Assembly (NCBI RefSeq): GCF_000002075.1
Contig: NW_004797385.1
Span: 658,512 to 722,511 of the forward strand
Direction: 5' to 3'
DNA from: Aplysia californica
Taxonomy: Eukaryota
DNA length: 64,000 nucleotides
Shown here one piece after another: positions 55,012 through 64,000 of the stretch. The stretch's first letter is position 1. Every line of letters begins with the position of its first letter. Made by a program: the position numbers and the translations under genes. The notes beneath the pieces were generated by a model. That model saw nothing but the letters and a program-made list of their open reading frames with translations, was not told where the DNA came from and ran no database searches.

Positions 55012-56941
55012 CTGGAGAATAAATGAAACATAAAAACATTATCTGAGTTGTTGTTATCGATCCAGAAACATTATCTGAGAGGGTCTTACCTCTTCAACCA
55101 CAACAATAATAGAGTGAAGACTAATATAACCATGGCAGAGCAAGACTGCTGTTTTATCAAAACTATTGCTTGACTTTCTAGCAGAACCCAATGTTTACGT
55201 AATGAAAATAAAAAACTTTTGCAAAGATATACAACTACAGAAATACTCTTTTTCTTGGTTTTCCTACTAAAATAGCAGGCTAAGTACCCTTTCTGTACGA
55301 AGAAAATTCAACACCGCACCAAAAATAGGATGAAAAACAAATTGTACCCTTCACTTACACTTACAGAATTTCAAGACAGGCTGTTTAATATTAAAAATTT
55401 GCAGAATGCATTCAGGACAAATATAATACATTATTATGCTGACTTCTATTTATGCAGAATGCAAAAAAGGTGCAAGTTAACAATTAAGCCTCCAGAATTG
55501 AAACTGAAACATAGAATAGAATAAAAATTTGGTCAAATTTCACCCAAATTTAAGGACACAGTCATGCACAAAATTAAAATTTGAATGTAAAAGAAATCAA
55601 CAAAAACCATGCTTACCATGTTCCAAACAAAATCACCATATAACTGCCTAGCCCATACTTGGAAGCTTTGGAAACATTACCTGAAAAAAGAATTATGGAT
55701 AAACTGCAATAGTTGTTTTCAAATATTAGACATCATATGGCCCGCTGATAAGCCAAGACCATGACTAAGAACATTTTATTTTTGACAAACATTGTTTACT
55801 TCATTCAATTGATCAAAATTGAAGTAGCATCCCAAATGTAATTAGTTTAAATAAGGAACATTGGACTGGTTTGTTCAGAGTAATCAAAGGCATACTTCTA
55901 CTTGAGTATGTTTTCATCTTTGATTCCAATGGCAAGTTTACACATCCATAAAACTTTCAAAATGACAATACAGATCAGATGAAGATAAATAAATTGCGTC
56001 AAAGAAAAATACTAAACAAACTCACAAATTGAAAGCATAATTATAAGGTTCTAAAGCTTTTTTTCATACCACACTTAACATATTTCCTGTTACATGTTCC
56101 AACATGACAGCCATATGACGTTGAAACAAAACAAAGATCTTACATCATTGTTCATTTGAAAGACATTATTTTAGAAATTAGGTGAAAGTTCACAGTATAA
56201 AAAAGATTGTCGTCAAACCTGTCCAAGACCATGCATTGTCAAGAAAAAAAGTTTGGTAGTCATTGCAGACAGGTGGTTCTCATGGACAGTGTCATTGTAA
56301 TATTTAAAAAACGCAAGGGGGAAAGTGGGAAGCGGTCGTATGTACAGGTGATTGTCTTGGATAGGTAATAATTATTACTGCAGGTTCCACTGTGTTAAAC
56401 AATTACTATGCAAAACTGAAACTTTTCCTCAAATAGTCTGTATTTGCCATGCACAGACAAAAAGATCAAGTTCTATCCTTGAGCCAGCAAAACATTATAT
56501 GAATATACATAGCTTTCCTATTTGTCATTTCAAGTGAAGCCAAATTTTAAGTAAATTAAAGTTCATAACATACCTCGGAGCATTTAGTCAGTCGTAATAT
56601 ACTGGTCCAACAGTCTTGCTTTTACTTTTATACTCTCATACCATAGAGCTCCTAGTACATGTAGTTTAAATCTATGTCTCACACTCACATACTTCATGAG
56701 ACTCACTCACATGGACCGCTCCTTTCAGTTTGGAGATTCCTCACAACTACCAACAAACATGTGAGGCTAAAGCTCATTTAGTCCAGAATCTTCGCATTTT
56801 TAATCAATGCTTCACTATACCACCTGTATACTTACTTGTAAACAAGAAATATCCCAAGCCAACACTGATGCCACCACTAATGCCATACATGAAGGATTTT
56901 CTCATGCATGGGATGAGGAATATTCTCTTAACAAAGCCAGG
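54894..56941 (-). CDS. COX20: COX20 cytochrome c oxidase assembly factor; last three coding exons complement(56836..56941, 55617..55680, 54894..55011); start exon not identified
   Basis: Spliced product PGFVKRIFLIPCMRKSFMYGISGGISVGLGYFLFTSNVSKASKYGLGSYMVILFGTWGVCRYQLAQERFK...DPKDV* matches recalled COX20 motifs (PCAR.S..YG, FLFTS, W..CRY). Two TM segments; GT-AG borders with consistent phases. Confidence 0.9.
55617..55680 (-). CDS. COX20: COX20 exon (TM2)
   Basis: SNVSKASKYGLGSYMVILFGTW; tttcag / gtaagc. Confidence 0.88.
56836..56941 (-). CDS. COX20: COX20 exon (PC motif, TM1)
   Basis: ttcctag acceptor, gtaagt donor; phase 0 to 1. Confidence 0.88.
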
Positions 56942-57727
56942 CTAGGAAGACAGAAAAGAAATATTATATTTAAAATTTAAATACTGATACTGTGCATTGT
57001 TTTATGGTTGTTTGTAAAGATGATATACACTGTTTTGTACTGTCTATTTCAAGCTTCTATTTTTTACGGTTACTGTGGAGAATCTTTAGATCTTATTTAA
57101 TTTCCCTGCTCCAGCTACCAAGCTGTGATGTAGTGTCTGCCAGAGGGCAAAATCATCAGTGTAAAGGGTCTTTCGGATTTCATTCCATTCATCACATCAT
57201 TTTATAAATCAAGAACTAAGTGCAACTGAGACAGGATCCTTGGGGTAGGAACTTGCAAGTACTATAAGCGCTACAAATACACCTTGAAAATATCTTCAAC
57301 ATAAATACTTTAAAGTGGGAGAGCCTAGCTCCTGACAGACCCAGTTGAAAAGTAGCAGTCATAGTGGGCAGCAAGTCATAAGTATACGAGGTTTCATGAA
57401 TAAAAAATTAAGAGAGCAGTCAACAAGCTGTGCACACTGACTGTGGAAGTGAAGCTATTGAAGGCTCAAAATGAGGCAAACTTTCCCCTGCCAGAATTGG
57501 TCTCATTGGCCAGAGTAGAAGCCACGTGACATCCCTTTAATTCTTATATTTCGCTTGAGAAATATTCTCTGGAAGCATTGCTCATCATCTGACATTAACT
57601 GACGAACTACTATCATTATTATTTATTATTATTCCAGTTTAACAGTATGCTCTATAACTAAGCGTTTTACAACCTATAGGGTCTACACTAGTATTACCCA
57701 GCAGACCTTAAAACTCTCAGATATATA

Positions 57728-58768
57728 TGAGGGGGTATCAATAAGTTTTTTACTTAAGTATGAAGGAGTGGAGCTATGAACTTGAAATTTAAACATATAA
57801 ACTAAGAATGCACACCAATAATTGGGAATTTCCGATGGCTAGTCCAGGTTGTACAGCAGGCAGTTTAACATCACCCTTAAAAGCAGGATTAGCACTTTTC
57901 ATTTTTGTTCACAAAATGGAAAAAATGGAAATGAGGGCTGTGATGAAGTTCCTTCATCTCCAAGGAAAAAAAACACCGTCCGTCCGCACAAGATGAAATG
58001 TCAGTGGTGTATAGAGATATCTGCCCAAGCTATGATGTGGTAAAATATTGGTGCAAGCGATTCAAATGTGGTAACATGTCCATTGAAGACAACCCTCGAG
58101 AAGGTCACCCTGTCTCAGCCGTGACTGAATACAATGTTTCAAAAGTCAAGACGATTGTGCTGAATGACAGGCACTTTACTCTCGGATAACTTTGGCTTTG
58201 TACTGAAACTGGCTTGAGCTATGGATCTGTTGAGACAATTCTTCATGACCATTTGAATATGTCGAAAGTGTCTGCAAGATGGGTGCCCTGTCTCCTAACC
58301 CCTCATCAAAAAGAACAGAGAGCACAGTGCAGTCAGCAAATGATTGACATGTTTGATGAAGATCCTGACAACTTTTTTTTACATTTAGTAACAATGGATG
58401 AAAGCTGGGTCTATCACTTAGACCCAGAGTCAAAATCTGCTTCAATGCAATGGAAAATACCATCTTCCCACATCCCCCTGTGCAGAATTCATCTGGCAAA
58501 GTGATCTTTTTTTTCTGAAGGACTTTTCAAGGTCATTTATCGTTGGTAAAAATGTGTTCTTGTGGCTGGTGTCCATACAGTGGAAACCATAATTATATAA
58601 CAGGCCCGGTAATTACAGGGATCCGGTAATAACAGGGATGTTTAAAATCCCCGTTTTTTCCTACACTTTGTCTCTATTAAAAGTTATCGGCAATAACAGG
58701 GCCTCATTGGAGCCCAACCGGTTATAGCAGGGACAAAGGCTCGTTAACAATGTGTAAAAAGTATAAAT

Positions 58769-58807
<39 letters not shown>

Positions 58808-59359
58808 CGACCTAGATCTAAGCCTACTTCTTTCATTATCTCACCAACGATGTCAAGCGCAAGAGAAAATGCCTTTCAATTGACAAAAAATACGAAATAA
58901 TCCAGACTTGACAAAAAGCAAGCTCCACTGGCAGAGATTTGTCGTCAGTTCGACATTCCACAAGGTTCGATTCACACCATTATCAGGGATAGAGAGAAGA
59001 TAGTGGCAGCATACTCCAATGGAAAGTTTGCTCTGGATCGAAAGAAGATGAGACTACCCGATGCAGATGCTGTGGACCAAGCTCTTCAGATGTGGTTTAA
59101 GGACGCAAGGAGAAAGTTGGTGCCAAAACTCCTGTTCGTGGGTACTTGTGGCTAGGGAAACTACCCATGAACAAGTACAGCTAGATTAGTCCACAAATGT
59201 TCACTTTCCTTGCATTTCTGATTTAACAGGGATCGGATATAACAGGACTTTTTCTCTACTCCCACCATCCCTGTTATATCAGGTTTCCACTGTACTAAAT
59301 TTCAAGTTCGTAGCTCCACTCCTTCATTCTCAGGTAAAAAACTTATTGATATCCCCTCG
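57728..59359 (+). mobile_element. Decayed mariner transposon in a COX20 intron
   Basis: About 65-bp TIRs with TA flanks; frameshifted transposase MEKMEMRAVMKFLHLQG..WCKRFKCG..SARWVP..VTMDESW (57916-58500); rest of the catalytic domain deleted. Confidence 0.9.
58578..59292 (+). mobile_element. Internally deleted pogo/Tigger element nested in the mariner
   Basis: TA|CAGTGGAAACC ... GGTTTCCACTG|TA; frameshifted CENP-B-type HTH remnant KRKCLSIDKKYEII..LAEICRQFDIPQGSIHTIIRDREKI..VDQALQMWF. Confidence 0.9.
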
Positions 59360-59629
59360 TACATTCTCGGCTTCCCAAGAAGCATAGTGTAAGCTGCCAA
59401 ATGAGGGCTCAAACACTAACAAGAAGCTGATGAGACCTTTTGATGTCTAGTCTACAGCCATTCCCATCTAGGTGCAGTCAGGAAAATGTGCGTTGAGTGC
59501 CTTTCCATGGATGCTCATTGATTCAATACATCCTGTCTCTAACAGTACAGTAACAGTGTCACTGACATCTTAACCATCTCATAAAGCAAAAACTACCATC
59601 CAGGTTGGAAGGTCAAAACCGAATTTGGC

Positions 59630-60070
59630 TTTTGTTTGTTTTTTTGGTTTGGTATTTAAGTGTTTTACGGCCCTCGTCCTTTATAAGGTCAATATGAGCG
59701 CGCGGGATACACTTAATATTTTCATGGGGTAGGAAAATTCTTAATTTTGTTCGGGAGGCAGCCGAAGCCTACTCTTATCGATTTTGAACCGCCAAGGGAT
59801 CTTCAACGTGCGCAACTTGCACATGGGACCTCCAAGATTTTTCACCCTTGTCTAAGAACTTAAGAAAGCTAGGTGTAGATCTTTCCTATCACAAGATCAG
59901 GGGTGTGGCTGAAAGACAGCAGTAAGGAGCCAAGGAGTAGCATTTGAATGGCTGCAGAAAGAGTCAGGAGCCCAGAGGAAAGGGCAAAGGAGGTGAGAGG
60001 GAAGGGTAGAAGTGGAGACAAAAGCAGGCGACAGAACATGGTTAGAGCAGGAAAGGATGTGAAAGGAGAG
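59630..60070 (-). mobile_element. 5'-truncated Deu/Nin-type SINE copy
   Basis: Colinear with 9697-9780 plus 11274-11640; tRNA head missing. Confidence 0.8.
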
Positions 60071-61164
60071 CCCCAAATTTGGCTTTGAAGTTGGAGATTG
60101 AGGTAAATTTTTATTTTCACTCCCGCACACAGATGCAATGCTTTGGTGGCTATCTGCAGTATTTTTGGCTGTAGATTACACATATGTGAGGCAGCGTGGT
60201 GAAATCAGGCGCTCGTCAAAATAATGAAAGTCAAGAAACTAGCATTTTTCGGAGATTTGGGAATTTTAATCTAATTTTTGTTTTTTGGCTCAACACCTTT
60301 CATGCCCAAGAACACATTTCGGTGCGGATTTTACTTAAAAACATTGATTAAAGGCATAAAAGAAATAAATTTTCAGTTTACACGGACTCTCGAACTAAGG
60401 AAATAACTCAATTTTAGCAGCCATTTTCTCGCTAATTTTACCTGTGAAACAAGGCACCCTCCACCTCCTTCAATCGCCAATATCTTGACTTGTTAGAGAT
60501 AAAAATTGATTTTTTTTTTTCAGCACAAAAAAGCAAGGCAAATGGACAGGCTTTAAGACAATACCAATAACTCCATATCCCCAAAATTGACGAGCGCCTG
60601 ATTCCACCGCGTCGTGACACATATAGCAACAAAAACTTTCGCAAATGAATTCGTTTTTTAAAAAAAATTTCAAATCTAATTGCAAAACATCAAATTATGG
60701 GTCAAAACAGGTGACCATGCCCCCCCTGTAAACCCAAGATTTTTTTGTTACCTTAGGGTAGCATGCCCCCCTGAAAGTGAAACCCCCTGATTGGTCTAAA
60801 CACTGGAAAATATGCAAGTTGGCTTACTAGTGTGCTAAAGTTCGATTAAAAACCATCAAATATTTCAAAAACTATTAATTGCGACGGAAATAAAGTCTAG
60901 AGATTCTAGATCTATTTGAGTTCAGCGCATCAATAACATGGTAGAAAATGGACCTCTAGAACCTAGATCTAGATCTAGAATCTTGTAGCTAAGTGTGAGG
61001 CAGGAGGGAAATCAAAAGAAAACAGAGATTGAGCATGGGCGTAATGAGTATTTAATTTTAATCACTAATAATGACCAACCTGACGGCAAATTATTATTTA
61101 GTAATAATTAGATGTAGCCCAACAATTCTATTATTACATATTATATAGGCCTATAAATTATAGC

Positions 61165-61949
61165 AAGTGGCTATTCTCTGGCGTCGCATCGGTCAATAGA
61201 TCAGTAAGCTATTCTCCGGTAAACAGTCCAAACGGCTATTCATCAGCCTGACATCAAGGCTTAGAATAAGCACCTTCCTTTCGCCAACTCTTTCCATCTC
61301 TCTCTCTCACTGGCACACACACACACTCTCTCTCCCTGTGTGATTTTCTATCTATCCTATCTGTCTGTCTGTCTATTCTCATCTATCTCTATCTCTCTCT
61401 CTCTCACACAAATACACACAAAAAAAACACACACAATTACTTCTCTGACTCCCGCCTGCCTGTCAAGGCCAACCCTGGCTGAGAGTGATACAACGTCTGA
61501 GCAGATAGATATAGAACGAAGGCTGCTTGATGAAAATTTTTGCTTCTGGAATTGAACACGGGTCTTGTACGTGAGACAGTGAAGTGCCGAACCGCTACAC
61601 CACAGACACAGGACAGGTTGTTTGTTGTGTAAATAACATTATATTACGTTATAATATGTGTGTATAATTCATTAGAATCGGAAGGACTTCCGTAACGAGC
61701 GACCACCTCATCAAACACAATAGAGAAGAGGCCTAGACCTAACCCTACCCCTACCCATAGCCATAACCGTCCCTACCCTTACCCCTACCCCAAGCCCAAG
61801 CCCTCAATTCTGCTCTGTCTCATTGACATTGTGGTCGCTCGTTACGGAAGTCCTCCCTTAGAATCTATAGTAGTAATAGACGGAGAATAGAACTAGATAT
61901 CTAGCTTAGAAGATCTATTTACCGGCCCGGCGCCGGAGAATAGCCACTT
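61165..61949. mobile_element. TIR element (AAGTGGCTATTCTC.GGCG ends) containing a tRNA-SINE head (about 61540-61610, minus) and a MITE
   Basis: About 38-bp imperfect inverted termini; TSD unclear. Confidence 0.6.
61680..61857. mobile_element. 178-bp MITE with GG termini, 8-bp TSD and internal telomere-like repeats; partial copy at about 15797-15868
   Basis: TIR GG(A/G)AGGACTTCCGTAACGAGCGACCAC; TSD TTAGAATC; internal (CCCTA[A/C])n. Confidence 0.88.
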
Positions 61950-63100
61950 ATTTGCTAAAAATATCTCCTTGTGCAGACATGAAATATGAAACTGGAAGAT
62001 TGCCTACAATTTACACACAAATAAAAGCTGAACTTCTAGAGATGACAGAGCAATATTATTCCCCGCATTTACCTCTTCATCCTCAGTATTTTCACCAAGT
62101 GAGTCCATTTTCGGTAAAGAGTGACTCTGGAAAAAAAAGTTAACCGGACAACAGAAAGTGTCCTCAAAGTGTCATTAGTTCAACTTTCGGTTTCCTACTT
62201 TCGTTTCGTAACAATAATCTCCGATTCCGTACATGTAAAAAGATAACATAACCTCTTATTTATGGAGCTCAAGTTTTTTGCTGGGGTTTTTTTGTTTTGT
62301 TTTTTTTGGTGGTGGTGGTGGGGGGGGGGGAGAAGGGGGGGGTCAATGAAATAGATTTAGAATCTAAATGTGAAAGCTATGAACACACTAACTAAACATT
62401 GATTTTGTTAACTCTTTATGTATTTTACCACTTTATATAGAAAAATATAGATTCCAATTCCAAGTTGTCCTTAAAGTTACAACAGGTTTATTTTCTGGGA
62501 CATGGGTAAAATATACCAAGGACCTGCTACTAGAGAGGCCTAAAACTTCCTTGGTTGGAAATATAAACTTTACTTAGTAGATCTAGTCAGCTTTGTTTTT
62601 CAGTGAAACTATTTCCATTTCACACAGATAGAGACGGAATTACGTACTGTTCCAATGATCAACTGAAACTTTAATAAATTATAGGCTACAAGTTGATCTA
62701 TAGTATAACAATATAATAATTTTTCTTTTGCTGTTGTTGCTTAATATGCAGTTTTTCTGTCAAAGAACATTTTGAAATACGTCTCGAAGAACAATAACCT
62801 CTAAGTCTAAGTAAAGAAAATGACATAGATCTAGTTGTCTTTTTTTAACCGTTGTATTCTCAGATATACCGTCAGCTCTATGCGTGATTTTAATATTATA
62901 GGCCTAGTGTCGTTTCGGTTTTTCCACCCATTTAAACAAAGTGTTTGTTTCACTTTTTTCAAAGACGGTTTACCAGGTTGCACAGAATTCTACACTTAGT
63001 GTAGAATTCTGTGCCAGGTTGTTGCTTTTATTTATTTATCAGAACTCTTCTGTTATGAAACAAGAACTGCTATAAACTTATAAAGCTAAAACTTCCTTAC

Positions 63101-63125
63101 CTCATTTGTTGTGTGATCGACTGTT
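63101..63125 (-). CDS. COX20: Candidate upstream COX20 microexon (25 nt, TVDHTTNE)
   Basis: ttttgtag acceptor and strong GAG|gtaagg donor; ends in phase 0 as the next exon requires; no homology support. Confidence 0.45.
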
Positions 63126-63356
63126 CTACAAAAATTGTTTATTGTTTTAATCGCCTGACTATACTAGATAGTTTTTGTCTATAAATTATAACATTAAGTG
63201 ACAGGTATGTATGTCTTATATAAATTCTGACTAAGCAGTAGGTCTGTTTTATTTCTGTCCCAAGAAAACATAAAGAGAGAAGGAGAGCTGACGAGTGATG
63301 ATACTGAGAGAAAGCGAAAGTAGAGAATCTAAGAGAACAGTACAGGGCAATTTGTT

Positions 63357-63623
63357 GGTGCTTTTTCAGTAGTTCCCACCGCCCTTATTTGAGCCTAGAC
63401 CTACATCGAGATCTATACGTTTGATGTGCGGTGAGCTAAGATATCAAACGTAACAACTGCAAAACATCAAATTATGGTAAAACCCCCTGACCCATATCGC
63501 CCCCCCCCTAAAACCCCCCACCATATTTTTATTAGGTCAGGGGGGGGGCATGGAAACCCCCGTACCCTTGAGACCAAATCCGGCAAATAACAATTGCGGG
63601 GTGGGAACTACTGAAAAAGCGCC
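63357..63623. mobile_element. Merlin-like MITE, copy 2 (same family as 7742-8011)
   Basis: TIR GG(T/C)GCTTTTTCAGTAGTTCCCACC; TSD AATTTGTT / AGTTTGTT. Confidence 0.85.
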
Positions 63624-64000
63624 AGTTTGTTTACTTTCTCGACTTTAATTCTGGCCACGCCTAGATCTAGATCTAGACCCTAGATCTAGATTTCTAGATC
63701 TAGATGAAAATCTATGCTATGCATCCCCAACTGGATTTGCGCTGGAGTTAAGAATGCAAACCACGGCAATTTCATCATTTGTAGGGGACACTAGTGAACT
63801 CGTCACACAGTGAAGTCGTCACATTCCTCCAGTGATCTCATCACAGTTATCTCGTCACTTTGTTTGGGGCAAATTCAACCACGGGGTCACTTCAACGCCG
63901 CCTCAACGTAGACTTTTTTTTTGCGTCTCATTCGACTACAGTAGTCTCCGCCTAAACGCACGGTGTTAGGGAGGGAACCTCAGCGTGTGTTTATACGGAG

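Overview
AT-rich, intron- and repeat-rich animal DNA from a draft assembly with three N gaps (21166-21265, 30226-30591, 35830-36002). It is probably a lophotrochozoan, perhaps a gastropod; this is inferred only from repeat content. Three spliced genes were rebuilt by hand with GT-AG borders and consistent intron phases. (1) PAXX, minus strand, 2 coding exons, 206 aa. (2) A divergent, C-terminally shortened LRPPRC-family mitochondrial PPR gene, plus strand, 29 coding exons, about 1064 aa, head-to-head with PAXX with the ATGs about 0.7 kb apart. (3) COX20, minus strand, tail-to-tail with the LRPPRC-like gene; its start exon was not found and probably lies beyond the window. A 3.4-kb apparently identical duplication across a 100-N gap is most likely an assembly artefact. 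Introns carry decayed Tc1, mariner and pogo/Tigger elements, piggyBac-, hAT- and Merlin-like MITEs, a Helentron-like insertion, CR1 and RTE LINE ends, and tRNA-derived SINEs with a Deu/Nin-type domain, often nested. No prokaryotic-type system or CRISPR array is present. The most notable leads are the short LRPPRC paralog with an acidic Ser tail, an intact invertebrate PAXX, and (TAGATC)n palindromic insertions clustered near predicted promoters. Homology calls rest on recalled reference sequences; no database search was run.
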